A stretch of DNA of 58,013 nt from a virus (lineage: Duplodnaviria; Caudoviricetes). The notes below the pieces were generated by a model. That model did no database searches. It saw only the letters and a list, made by a program, of their open reading frames with translations, and was not told the origin of the DNA. The DNA lies in IMG/VR virus record IMGVR_UViG_3300025671_000073, positions 1-58,013 of that record; one strand, given 5' to 3'. Below, in pieces: positions 49,236 through 58,013 of this stretch; the first letter of the stretch is position 1, and each line of letters starts with the position of its first letter. A program made the translations under genes and the position numbers.

Positions 49236-49979
49236 ATGGCTCATGAGATCCGTTCCATCTCGCAGGTCGGAACCTCGGAGCCGTTTGAGCTTCAGGTGGC
49301 CCGGGGCCAGATCCCGGGCCACCAATTTATACACCGGCTCGGTCGCGTGCCGCAGATGTCGATCAACACCACGGGCACTGTTTGGGACGTCGATGACACA
49401 ACTTATCCTTGGAGTGCTTGGGACACCGCTGGCACTATAACGGTAAGTCGTGCAGATGCTGGGGATGCGGATAAAAAAGTCATAATCACCGGATTGGATG
49501 CGGACTATAACCCCGTGTCGACCACTATTACGTTGACCAACGCCACAGGCAATACATCCTCGATAGTATTTAAGCGTCTGAATGAGATTCGCATGAACGG
49601 CACCTCTGGAAACGTGGGTCAGATTAACGTGTTGAAGGGGGCGACTACCGTTGGTCGAATTGTTGCCGGAGTAGGCCAGTCTCTAAAAGGGACTTACACA
49701 GTTCCAGCTGGCTTTACAGCCTACATTACCCAAGGCGTTATGACCATTCGAAGCGGGGCCGACGCCACAGGCACATTTTTCTATCGTCTTCCCAACGATC
49801 GGTTTGTGATTGGCCACACGTTTGAGGTCGCCAGTTCAGAATACACCTACGCATTCACTTGCCCACTGGCTCTTCCAGCAAAAACTGATGTGGATGTCCG
49901 CGCTTCGGTTCGTACAAACAACGCCCTGATCACCGCGGCGTACGACATCATTCTCATTCAAAATGCGGGGCCGCTCTGA
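49236..49979 (+). CDS. virion structural protein
   Basis: FELQVARGQIPGH N-terminal motif. Confidence 0.7.
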   Translation: MAHEIRSISQVGTSEPFELQVARGQIPGHQFIHRLGRVPQMSINTTGTVWDVDDTTYPWSAWDTAGTITVSRADAGDADKKVIITGLDADYNPVSTTITLTNATGNTSSIVFKRLNEIRMNGTSGNVGQINVLKGATTVGRIVAGVGQSLKGTYTVPAGFTAYITQGVMTIRSGADATGTFFYRLPNDRFVIGHTFEVASSEYTYAFTCPLALPAKTDVDVRASVRTNNALITAAYDIILIQNAGPL

Positions 49980-50224
49980 TGCCGAAGATCGACAAAGACA
50001 GCATGAAGTGCAATAAACCCCGTCGGCAAAAGTCTGGCGGAAAAAAGTTTGTTGTGAAGGCGTGCGACAGAGGCCAAGAGAAAATAGTTCGTTTTGGCGA
50101 TGCCAACATGAAAATCAGAAAATCCAATCCAAAGGCGCGGGCCTCGTTCCGAGCACGGCACGGCTGCGACAAGGGCACCTTGGACAAGCTTAAAGCCAGA
50201 TATTGGTCCTGCAGACAGTGGTGA
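49979..50224 (+). CDS. small basic protein
   Basis: KIVRFGD...RASFRARHGC...ARYWSC. Confidence 0.75.
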   Translation: MPKIDKDSMKCNKPRRQKSGGKKFVVKACDRGQEKIVRFGDANMKIRKSNPKARASFRARHGCDKGTLDKLKARYWSCRQW

Positions 50225-50229
50225 ACGAC

Positions 50230-50496
50230 ATGGGCAACATCCAACTCTCCCCCGAAGAACTCGAAGCGATGATGGACCGAGCTGCAAAACGCGGCGCCCA
50301 TGCTGCGCTGAAAGAGCTCGGCCTGCACGACGACAATGCTCCGCAAGATATTGACGAGCTGCGCGGCCTGCTGTCCTCGTGGCGGGAGACCCGCAAAGCG
50401 ATCTGGTCCACGATCGTGAAGATCACCACCACGGCCATCTTGATTTTTATCACTGGCGCCGTTTGGATGTCGTTTAAGGATAAGGTGGGACAGTAG
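50230..50496 (+). CDS. DUF6127-like membrane protein (holin candidate)
   Basis: RAAKRGAHAALKELGL...ELRGLL with a C-terminal TM segment. Confidence 0.65.
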   Translation: MGNIQLSPEELEAMMDRAAKRGAHAALKELGLHDDNAPQDIDELRGLLSSWRETRKAIWSTIVKITTTAILIFITGAVWMSFKDKVGQ

Positions 50497-50497
50497 G

Positions 50498-51289
50498 ATG
50501 AACCGTGCTAATATGGCCAAGCAGATAACGGAGGTTCCGATGGCTGGATGCAAAACGAAGATGAAGAACGGCGGCAAGGCTGTAGCCAAAAAGAAAGGTT
50601 CCGAGCGCGGCGGCAAGGTCGATCAGATGGCTTGTAGTCCCCGTAAGCAAATGGCTATGGGCAAGAAATAATGGCCAAGAAGGACGCCTGCTACCACAAG
50701 GTCAAGTCGCGCTATAAGGTATGGCCGTCGGCCTACGCCAGTGGCGCGCTGTCCAAGTGCCGCAAGGTGGGCGCCAAGAACTGGGGAAACAAATCCAAGC
50801 AGAAAAAGGCCAGTGGCGGCCTTGTTCGCGCGAGGATGTTCTGATGTCTGGGGAGTCACTGCGCAAATGGTTCAACCGGAATGACGGCAAGGGCTGGATT
50901 GACTGCAAGACGGGTAAACCCTGTGGTAGAAAATCAGCGACGGGAAAGAGTAAAAGACCTTATCCTGCTTGCCGCCCGACTAAAGCGCAATGTAAAAGTG
51001 CCAAAGCGAAAGCCGCGGCGAAAAGAAAGACGTCCTCGAAAAGAGTGAGTTGGAAAGCATGAAGGACAGCTCAAAACATCCTCGTGAATCAGGGCCCGGT
51101 AGATTTCGCCGTGAGTTGCTCCGCGAAAACTGGAATGAAAATAAAGAGGGGCCCCCCGCTCCACCAAAGCGCGAAGGCCCAGAGCTTAGAAAGCCAGACG
51201 GCGGGCTGGAACGGGCGTTGGTAAAACGCTATAAAAACGGCGGCTGCGTCATGGCTGGGCGTGGTGTCCGAGACACGAAGTTTGGATAG
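50498..51289 (+). other. four coupled small Lys-rich ORFs (50498-50671, 50671-50844, 50844-51062, 51059-51289)
   Basis: TAATG/TGATG/ATGA coupling; WPSAYASG and RPYPACRP motifs. Confidence 0.7.
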
Positions 51290-51292
51290 AGC

Positions 51293-51949
51293 ATGACCAC
51301 CTCAGGTTCCAGAGATTTTAATATCGACGCCGCCGAGATCATCGAGGAGGCGTACGAGCGCTGTGGCCTTGAGGTCCGAACGGGCTACGACGCCAAAACG
51401 GCGCGTCGGTCTCTAAACCTGATGTTTGCTGACTGGGCGAACCGGGGGCTGAACCTCTGGACCGTGGAGCAAGCTACGCTGACCCTGACCCAAGGTCAGG
51501 CGCAAGAGACCCTCGGTGCGGATGTCGTCGACATTCTTGAGATGGCCCTTCGCCGGGACGGCACGGACTACGAGATGGAGCGGATCAGTCGCGGTGATTA
51601 TCTCGACTTCCCGAACAAGACCAGTCAGGGCCGCCCCTCGCAGTTCTATTTTGACCGCAGCATTGAGCCGGTGATCAACCTTTGGCAAACGCCTGAGAAC
51701 TCGACGGACCAACTGGTCTACTACTACGTCCGCCGGATCGAGGATGTTGACACCTTGACCAACACGACGCAGATTCCGTTCCGGTTTTATCCGTGCATGG
51801 TTGCAGGCCTTGCCTATTATCTCGCCGTCAAGCGGGCCCCGGATCGCATTCAGATTTTGAAATCGCTTTACGAGGAAGAGTTCCAGCGCGCGGCGGAAGA
51901 GGACGAGGACCGGGTCAGCCTGTTCTTGGTCCCGGATCGGAGACGTTGA
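51293..51949 (+). CDS. head-tail connector/adaptor-like protein
   Basis: IIEEAYERCG, ARRSLNLM, WANRG, AGLAYY. Confidence 0.75.
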   Translation: MTTSGSRDFNIDAAEIIEEAYERCGLEVRTGYDAKTARRSLNLMFADWANRGLNLWTVEQATLTLTQGQAQETLGADVVDILEMALRRDGTDYEMERISRGDYLDFPNKTSQGRPSQFYFDRSIEPVINLWQTPENSTDQLVYYYVRRIEDVDTLTNTTQIPFRFYPCMVAGLAYYLAVKRAPDRIQILKSLYEEEFQRAAEEDEDRVSLFLVPDRRR

Positions 51950-52254
51950 TGGCTTTTGCCTCCGACAAAAATGCATATGGCATCTCGGACCGGTCTGGGT
52001 TCCGATACCGCCTGCGCGACATGCGCCGGGAGTGGACCGGCGCGCTTGTCGGTCCGGATGAGTACGAGCCGAAGCACCCCCAGCTTGAGCCACCACGCCC
52101 GGGCCCGGACCCACAAGCTCTTCGAAATCCCCGTCCGGACCGGCCGGAGTCTCTCGAGATATATGTTGGTGGCCCCACCGTCATGGCCCCCAAACTGGAT
52201 CGCCCCCGCGCGGTGGGAAAAGTAGGTGTGGTTACCGTCAGCGCAGGGTCTTAA
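51949..52254 (+). CDS. conserved hypothetical protein
   Basis: AYGISDRSGFRY...EPKHPQL...DPQALRNPRPD. Confidence 0.75.
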   Translation: MAFASDKNAYGISDRSGFRYRLRDMRREWTGALVGPDEYEPKHPQLEPPRPGPDPQALRNPRPDRPESLEIYVGGPTVMAPKLDRPRAVGKVGVVTVSAGS

Positions 52255-52256
52255 CC

Positions 52257-52285
52257 TTGTCAAAAATGCGGGTTTCTGGTAGCGT
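52257..52285 (+). promoter_or_regulatory. internal sigma70-like promoter
   Basis: TTGTCA-17-TAGCGT. Confidence 0.45.
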
Positions 52286-52317
52286 GACTCTGCGACAGAT
52301 CTAAGAGGACACAGACA

Positions 52318-53013
52318 ATGGCAATCACGACGTACGCAGAGCTTCAGCAGGCGGTCGCTGATTGGCTGAACCGCGCTGATCTGGACCAGAAGATTCCAGA
52401 CTTTATCACCCTTGCCGAAAGCACTTTGAACGATGTGCTGCGGTCCAGCTACATGGTCACCTCAGACACCCTAGCAATCACAAACAGCCGGGTCTCTCTT
52501 CCAGCTGACGTGCTTGAAGTTATCTATACGCAGGTTGCCAGCACACCCACACAGCCACTCGAACAAATTTCGCCCCAGCAGCTCGTCATGCTGCGCCGTG
52601 CACGTACGCGCCAGAACGGCGACCCCCGCTTTTTCGCCGTGGTGGGTAGAGAGATGTTGGTAACGCCAAGTCCCTCCGGATCTGTGTCTGTGGATGTTGA
52701 TTACTACCAGCAGATTCCGGCACTCTCAAATTCCAATACCAGCAACTGGCTCTTGGACGAGGCGCCGCACGTGTATCTGTACACGTCGCTTCTGCATGCC
52801 ACGCCGTTTCTCATGGATGATGCTCGTTATCAGGTGTTCAACAACACCGTTTCGCAGCAGGTTATGAGCGCTGTACGCTCCTCTCAGACGCTGTCGTTTG
52901 ACGACATTAAAGCTGCCGGCTTCTCATTGACGGCCCCCACGGACATGGGTTCCAGTGCCGCCAGTCCGCTGAGTGGAACAGTTGCTGCGTCTCCGGTTAT
53001 GCCGCAGGGGTAA
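52318..53013 (+). CDS. tail adaptor protein, paralog 1
   Basis: TYAELQQAVADWLNR...IPDFITLAE...NWLL...YLY. Confidence 0.75.
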   Translation: MAITTYAELQQAVADWLNRADLDQKIPDFITLAESTLNDVLRSSYMVTSDTLAITNSRVSLPADVLEVIYTQVASTPTQPLEQISPQQLVMLRRARTRQNGDPRFFAVVGREMLVTPSPSGSVSVDVDYYQQIPALSNSNTSNWLLDEAPHVYLYTSLLHATPFLMDDARYQVFNNTVSQQVMSAVRSSQTLSFDDIKAAGFSLTAPTDMGSSAASPLSGTVAASPVMPQG

Positions 53014-53016
53014 AGA

Positions 53017-53652
53017 ATGGCCTTTACCTACGCCCAGCTTAAAGATGCGGTCGCTGCGTGGATTAACAAACCGGACATCGAGCAATCGATTCCTATTTTT
53101 GTGCGTCTCGCAGAGGAGCGCATCTTAAAGGGTGTGCAGCTGTCGCTGTTCCAGAAAAACGCGACTGCTACTGTCTCCTCTGGGGGACAATACCTCCCTG
53201 TTCCCTCTGACTTTCTGGCCCCGATGGCCTTGAACCTAAGAGGCGCGGACAACGATAAGTTTTTCTTGGAGTTCAAGGACCTGAGTTTTGTTCAGGCCTA
53301 CACACCCGATCCTGCAACCACGGGCACCCCAAGATATTACGGGCAGTTTGATAACTCGTACTTTCTTCTCGGTCCCACCCCGGATGCTACATACACAGCA
53401 CAGCTCCAGTACCTGTATCGACCGCCTAGCTTGACGGACGGGGCTGACGACGGAACCACATGGCTTAGTCAGAATGCAGAAATTGCTTTGCTGTTTGGCG
53501 CTTTGGTCGAAGCGCAGCTGTTCTTGCAAGAAGACCCACAGCAGTACTCGGCTCGGTTTAACGAGGCCCTAGCCGGCCTGAAACTTTTGGGCGAAGCCAA
53601 GCAAAGCACCGACGAGTACCGCACGGGTGAATTGATCCGGAGAAAAACATGA
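53017..53652 (+). CDS. tail adaptor protein, paralog 2
   Basis: TYAQLKDAVAAW...FVRLAEERI...TWLSQNA..ALLFGALVEA. Confidence 0.8.
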   Translation: MAFTYAQLKDAVAAWINKPDIEQSIPIFVRLAEERILKGVQLSLFQKNATATVSSGGQYLPVPSDFLAPMALNLRGADNDKFFLEFKDLSFVQAYTPDPATTGTPRYYGQFDNSYFLLGPTPDATYTAQLQYLYRPPSLTDGADDGTTWLSQNAEIALLFGALVEAQLFLQEDPQQYSARFNEALAGLKLLGEAKQSTDEYRTGELIRRKT

Positions 53653-53942
53653 TCACTGGATCCATTGATCTGGCAACGGACTTTCGGGTTGGCGTCAAAA
53701 CAACTTCTGGCCGCGGCCTGACCCCCGAAGAACTGGCAAAACAGTGTGCGGATAAAATTGTGTCTGTTTCTGACACCGCTCCAGAACCCATTCGCGCGCA
53801 GGCGCATGCCTTTCAGGCGCGGGTGCAGCAGCTTGTTGAGCTGTACTTGAAACAAGCGGTTCAAAGTGACCGCACAACCGTGTATAATGCCGTTCGAGAT
53901 GCAGGCCATCCCGAGTTGGCCGAAGCACTGAAAGGACTATGA
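53649..53942 (+). CDS. conserved hypothetical protein
   Basis: TTSGRGLTPEE...IRAQAHAF...SDRTT. Confidence 0.7.
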   Translation: MITGSIDLATDFRVGVKTTSGRGLTPEELAKQCADKIVSVSDTAPEPIRAQAHAFQARVQQLVELYLKQAVQSDRTTVYNAVRDAGHPELAEALKGL

Positions 53943-53943
53943 C

Positions 53944-54381
53944 ATGGCATTCTCTGGCAACTTTATGTGCACCAGCTTCAAGGAAGAACTCCTGACGGCC
54001 ACGCACGATTTCACCAACGGCACAGGCAGCACGTTCAAGCTGGCCCTGTACGACAACACCGCCACCTTGACGGCGGCGACCACCGCATACACCACGAGTG
54101 GCGAGGTTTCGGCCAGTGGGTCGTATTCCGCAGGCGGCGGCGCGCTGACCAATGTGACGCCAACCTCGAGCGGCACGACCGCGTTCACCGACTTTGCGGA
54201 CATTACGTTCACGTCGGCCACGATCACTGCTCGTGGCGCGTTGATCTACAACGACACGGCGGCCGGCGATCCTTCAGTTGTTGTGTTGGACTTTGGCGAG
54301 GACAAGACGTCTACTGCCGGTGACTTCCAGATTATCTTCCCGACAGCTGACGCCAGCAACGCCATTATCCGCATCGCCTAA
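53944..54381 (+). CDS. tail structural protein
   Basis: [10 protein letters not shown]...FKLALY...ARGALIYN...VLDFG. Confidence 0.8.
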   Translation: MAFSGNFMCTSFKEELLTATHDFTNGTGSTFKLALYDNTATLTAATTAYTTSGEVSASGSYSAGGGALTNVTPTSSGTTAFTDFADITFTSATITARGALIYNDTAAGDPSVVVLDFGEDKTSTAGDFQIIFPTADASNAIIRIA

Positions 54382-54395
54382 GCGGGATTATTGGC

Positions 54396-55766
54396 ATGGT
54401 TACGCTCGTCAACCGCGCTAAGGTAGCGACGGCCACCACCGGCACCGGGACAATCACTCTCGGTGCCGCCGAAAGCGGCTATCAGACGTTCGCAGATGGG
54501 GGCGTCACTGATGGCGATGTTGTGCGCTACGTCATTGAGGATGGTACGAACTGGGAGATTGGCACAGGCACCTATACTGCCTCTGGCACCACCCTCTCCC
54601 GCACTGTCTCCGAGAGCAGCAACTCTGGTTCTGCTATTACGCTCAGTGGTTCTGCGAACGTCTACATCTCTGCTGTGGCGGATGACTTTGGTGATGCTCT
54701 CGGCACCGTGGCGACCAATGACCTTGATTTGTCCACAGGGAACTTCTTTGAGGTCACTGCTAACAACCAAACGCTGACCTTTTCCAGTGCACCTGCTGTA
54801 AAGGACTTCAAGATCAAGCTGACTGGTGCTGGGGCAGTTGCTGGTTGGTCTCTCTCCAATGCCTCTTACGACAATGTTTCTTTGAGCGTTAATGCTCAAA
54901 CTACAACACCTTCTGGTTTATTCTTCAAGCCAGACGGAGCAAAGATGTACCTTGTTGGAGAGGCTGATGCAGAGGTGCATGAATATGATTTAAGTACAGC
55001 GTGGGACATCTCTTCCGCTTCTTATCTTCAGAACTTCTCTGTTTCTACTCAAGAAAACGCTAGTCGTGGTTTGTTTTTTAAACCTGATGGCACGAAGATG
55101 TATCTGTCAGGGACGGGAAATGATTCTCTCTATGAATATGATTTGAGTACAGCGTGGGATATTTCTACAGCTTCTTATCTTCAGGGTTTCTCTATTGCTG
55201 CTCAAGAAACTAATGTTTTTGATATATTTTTTAAGGCCGATGGTGCGAGTTTGTATATAGTAGGGGCAGCTGGTGATGAGGTTAATCAGTTCACCTTAGG
55301 CACAGCGTGGGATATTTCTACAGCTTCTTATGTTAGAACTTTCTCTCTTGCCCCCATGGTTGCGCCTGTAGGTCTGTTTTTTCGGGATGATGGGACAGAA
55401 ATGTATATTTCGGAAGTAGTTGGAGATCTGATATATAAATACACTTTAAGCACTCCTTGGAACATTTCTACGGCGTCGCAGGACATAACTTTTAGTATTG
55501 CTTCACAAGACAGCATTCCAAACAGTATTTTTTTCAAGCCTGATGGCACTAAGATGTATATGGCTGGGAATCAAAATGATAGTGTCTATCAATACAGCAC
55601 AAGCACCCAAACCGCAGCCACCATTACCTATCCAGCGTCAGTAAAATTCCCCGGCGGAACTGCCCCTACCGCACCGGGTGTAGGAGACGTAGACACCATC
55701 GGCATCTACACAGTGGACGGTGGAACCACCTATTACGGCTACCAGCTTGGCGATGACCACTCATAA
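54396..55766 (+). CDS. tail fibre/spike with beta-propeller-like repeats
   Basis: Shared N-terminal anchor; repeats of [10 protein letters not shown]...[14 protein letters not shown]. Confidence 0.8.
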   Translation: MVTLVNRAKVATATTGTGTITLGAAESGYQTFADGGVTDGDVVRYVIEDGTNWEIGTGTYTASGTTLSRTVSESSNSGSAITLSGSANVYISAVADDFGDALGTVATNDLDLSTGNFFEVTANNQTLTFSSAPAVKDFKIKLTGAGAVAGWSLSNASYDNVSLSVNAQTTTPSGLFFKPDGAKMYLVGEADAEVHEYDLSTAWDISSASYLQNFSVSTQENASRGLFFKPDGTKMYLSGTGNDSLYEYDLSTAWDISTASYLQGFSIAAQETNVFDIFFKADGASLYIVGAAGDEVNQFTLGTAWDISTASYVRTFSLAPMVAPVGLFFRDDGTEMYISEVVGDLIYKYTLSTPWNISTASQDITFSIASQDSIPNSIFFKPDGTKMYMAGNQNDSVYQYSTSTQTAATITYPASVKFPGGTAPTAPGVGDVDTIGIYTVDGGTTYYGYQLGDDHS

Positions 55767-55780
55767 GGAAACTCTACAAT

Positions 55781-56470
55781 ATGGTTAAACTCGTCAACAG
55801 AGCCTATGTTTCTACTGCAACAACCGGTACGGGCACGCTAACTCTTGGCACTGCGGTTTCTGGTCAGCGATCCTTTGCCGATGCTGGCGTCAGTGATGGC
55901 GATGTGGTTCGCTATGTCATTGAGGATGGAAACGATTGGGAGATTGGCACAGGCACCTACACGGCGTCTGGGACCACCCTGACGCGTTCTGTAGATGAGA
56001 GCAGCAACTCCGACGCTGCCATTAGCCTCTCTGGTTCTGCTGTGGTGTTTATTACTGCGGCGACTACCGATATCCAGCAGCCGCCCTCCGAAGGCGCGTT
56101 TGTCGATGGTGACAAGACTAAGCTGGACGGTATCGAAGCTGGCGCGGACGTAACCGACACGGCCAACGTGACTGCAGCGACAGCGGCATTATCTGCTGGT
56201 GGTATAGGGACTTATTGTTTTGCTAATGGTCCTGACACAGCTTTTGGTTCAACTACTGCTGGTTCAGGTTTAACGCCGATTTCTGCGATGTATAAAGGTG
56301 ATGAGTTCGGTATTCAAGGCGGAACAGGGAACGGTCCAACAGCCGGTAGTGCTTTATCTGGTACGTGGAGGTGTATGGGAACATCTGACGCAACTTGGGT
56401 TATTGATCCTAATGGGGCAAACCCAGATACAATAGGTTATGGCGCGACACTCTGGCTGAGGATTTCCTGA
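55781..56470 (+). CDS. short tail fibre protein
   Basis: Same N-terminal anchor; DKTKLDGI; C-terminal SGTWRCMG...TLWLRIS. Confidence 0.8.
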   Translation: MVKLVNRAYVSTATTGTGTLTLGTAVSGQRSFADAGVSDGDVVRYVIEDGNDWEIGTGTYTASGTTLTRSVDESSNSDAAISLSGSAVVFITAATTDIQQPPSEGAFVDGDKTKLDGIEAGADVTDTANVTAATAALSAGGIGTYCFANGPDTAFGSTTAGSGLTPISAMYKGDEFGIQGGTGNGPTAGSALSGTWRCMGTSDATWVIDPNGANPDTIGYGATLWLRIS

Positions 56471-56471
56471 T

Positions 56472-56843
56472 ATGAAATACCGTAATCCAAAATATACTGT
56501 AGATGGACGTATTGACTGCGAAATCGAGCATCCTCAATTCGGATGGATACTCTTTACGGCTGACCCGAATGATACGGAGCCGCATGGGCGGGAATTGTTT
56601 GAGACAATAAGCAAGGAAGGCGACATTGCCGATTATGTTCCGCCACCACCGCCTAGTAGTGAAGAGATTGCAGCGCAAGTAAGGGCTGAACGCAACCAAC
56701 TCCTCACTGCATCCGACTGGACTCAAGTGCCAGACGCACCCGTGGATCAGGCCGCATGGGCAACCTACCGCCAAGCCTTGCGTGACATTCCGCAACAGAC
56801 TGGGTTTCCAGAGGGTGTGGTTTGGCCCACTGAGCCGGAGTAA
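56472..56843 (+). CDS. tail fibre assembly chaperone 1
   Basis: IDCEIEHPQFGW; RNQLL..SDW...WATYRQALRDIP...WP. Confidence 0.85.
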   Translation: MKYRNPKYTVDGRIDCEIEHPQFGWILFTADPNDTEPHGRELFETISKEGDIADYVPPPPPSSEEIAAQVRAERNQLLTASDWTQVPDAPVDQAAWATYRQALRDIPQQTGFPEGVVWPTEPE

Positions 56844-56846
56844 TCC

Positions 56847-56940
56847 ATGCTCGGCTTCCTTCCATTATCTGCTGCACCCCCACCGGCGTCACGGTGGCAC
56901 CACATACTATGGTGTTCAGTCTGGCGACAACTTCTCGTAA
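56847..56940 (+). pseudogene. chimeric gene scar
   Basis: Start MLGFLPLSAAP (resembles 57476) joined out of frame to GGTTYYGVQSGDNFS* (resembles the end of 54396-55766). Confidence 0.65.
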
Positions 56941-56953
56941 GAAAGGTTACTAA

Positions 56954-57472
56954 ATGTACGTCAAGATAACAAACGACCAGCCCGTAGAGTTTCCCTACAC
57001 AATCGGGCAATTCCGTCGTGATAACCCGCAAACCAGCTTCCCCAAAGTCATCCCTGTCGAGATCATGCGGCGGCATGGAATGTTCCCCGTAGAGGAGCTG
57101 AAAAAGCCGAACTTCGACCCTTTGGTTCAGAACCTCAAGCGGGACGACATGCCCCACAAGGAAGTCATCCGCCTTAAGGCCGAGGCAGATGCAACCGATC
57201 CGTTTACAGGTGAAGTGGACCAAGCGCAGGTGGGCCAACCCATTTACGGCAACAAGTGGCTGATCGGCTACACTGTCGCCAACAAGCCGCAGGACGAGGC
57301 TGAAGAGGCTGTCAGAAACCAACGCAACCGCCTCCTTGCCGACACCGACTGGATGGCCCTGAGCGACAACACCATGACGCCCGAATGGGCTACCTACAGA
57401 CAAGCACTTCGTGATATAACTGAGCAAACAGGTTTTCCATATTCGGTGAACTGGCCCACTAAACCGGAGTAA
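56954..57472 (+). CDS. tail fibre assembly chaperone 2
   Basis: RRDNPQTSFP; RNRLLADTDW...WATYRQALRDIT...WP. Confidence 0.85.
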   Translation: MYVKITNDQPVEFPYTIGQFRRDNPQTSFPKVIPVEIMRRHGMFPVEELKKPNFDPLVQNLKRDDMPHKEVIRLKAEADATDPFTGEVDQAQVGQPIYGNKWLIGYTVANKPQDEAEEAVRNQRNRLLADTDWMALSDNTMTPEWATYRQALRDITEQTGFPYSVNWPTKPE

Positions 57473-57475
57473 CCA

Positions 57476-58013
57476 ATGCTCGGCTTCTCACCCATATCAG
57501 CCGCGACTCTAGGTGATGATAATGGAGGTGTGGCACCGGTACCAATCGAATCTAAGCATTATTTTGGACTTTTGATTGGTGGGCCTTTAGCCTCAGCGCC
57601 TCTAGCGGATGATGGGGTTGGCGCTGAGGGTGTAGTTGTTTCGCCGGTGGGCGTTGAAGCTACCGCCTCTCCGGGTTCCGTTACGGTCTCGGCCGACGCG
57701 AATGTTTCCCCTTCGGGTCTTGAAGCTACCGCCTCCCCGGGTTCCGTTACGGTCTCGACCGACGCGAATGTTTCGCCGACGGGTCTTGAAGCTACCGCCT
57801 CTCCGGGTTCCGTTACGGTCTCGGCCGACGCGAATGTTTCCCCTTCGGGTCTTGAAGCTACCGCCTCTCCGGGTTCCGTTACGGTCTCGGCCGACGCCAA
57901 CGCCAACGTAACGACGGGTCTTGAAGCTACCGCCTCTCCGGGTTCCGTTACGGTCTCGGCCGACGCGAATGTTTCCCCTTCGGGTCTTGAAGCTACCGCC
58001 TCTCCGGGTTCCG
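57476..58013 (+). CDS. 5' part of tandem-repeat virion/tail protein (continues at window start)
   Basis: ATG at 57476 (MLGFSPISAATLGDD...) stays open to the window end, with GLEATASPGSVTVSxDANVSP repeats. Not in the ORF track because it is truncated by the edge. Confidence 0.85.
   Translation, partial: MLGFSPISAATLGDDNGGVAPVPIESKHYFGLLIGGPLASAPLADDGVGAEGVVVSPVGVEATASPGSVTVSADANVSPSGLEATASPGSVTVSTDANVSPTGLEATASPGSVTVSADANVSPSGLEATASPGSVTVSADANANVTTGLEATASPGSVTVSADANVSPSGLEATASPGS
57650..58013 (+). repeat. same coding tandem repeat at window end
   Basis: The last 33 nt match the first 33 nt of the window with one mismatch. Confidence 0.95.

Noticed and set aside
54396-57472. Diversity-generating retroelement or invertible shufflon
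   Set aside because: No reverse transcriptase or invertase; repeats are direct and their differences are not adenine-specific.
57981-58013. Direct terminal repeat of the virion DNA
   Set aside because: The match to nt 1-33 has a mismatch and lies inside a tandem array, so it is better explained as an assembly break.

Overview
The window looks like an essentially complete ~58 kb tailed (podovirus-like) dsDNA phage genome, opened inside a tandem-repeat gene that spans both ends (57476..58013 joined to 1..773). The host is probably an alphaproteobacterium, judging by a GapR/DUF2312-like gene, a DUF6127-like membrane protein and GC-rich sequence. From recall, the gene set resembles HTVC023P/CRP-345-type marine phages; this was not checked by search. 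The + strand late region (35515..58013 and 1..12933) carries TerL, portal, GroES, scaffold, major capsid, adaptors, a modular tail-fibre array, nozzle and large ejection proteins. The - strand replication region (12934..20882) carries PolA (Leu762 type), a nuclease, a DUF5664 dNTP pyrophosphohydrolase, dCMP deaminase, a UvrD-like helicase, primase and an SSB-like protein. Also present are an SNF2 helicase, a lysis cassette, a secreted protease, many small middle genes, an origin-like AT-rich region, TerS with a resolvase-like nuclease, and a - strand cluster of small early-type genes (30723..34279). No integrase, tRNA, CRISPR array or reverse transcriptase was seen. The most unusual feature is an ~830-nt non-coding element (34294..35126) that is almost entirely base-paired, with G-T wobbles favouring the + strand. 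It sits directly upstream of the early genes, which lack an obvious duplex promoter. It may be a large ncRNA or a Frpo-like single-stranded-DNA promoter structure. Next to it is a self-contained ~170-nt sRNA gene with an anti-Shine-Dalgarno loop, whose stem matches a 9-mer (GGACCTTGG) over-represented across the genome. All product calls come from motif recognition by eye.
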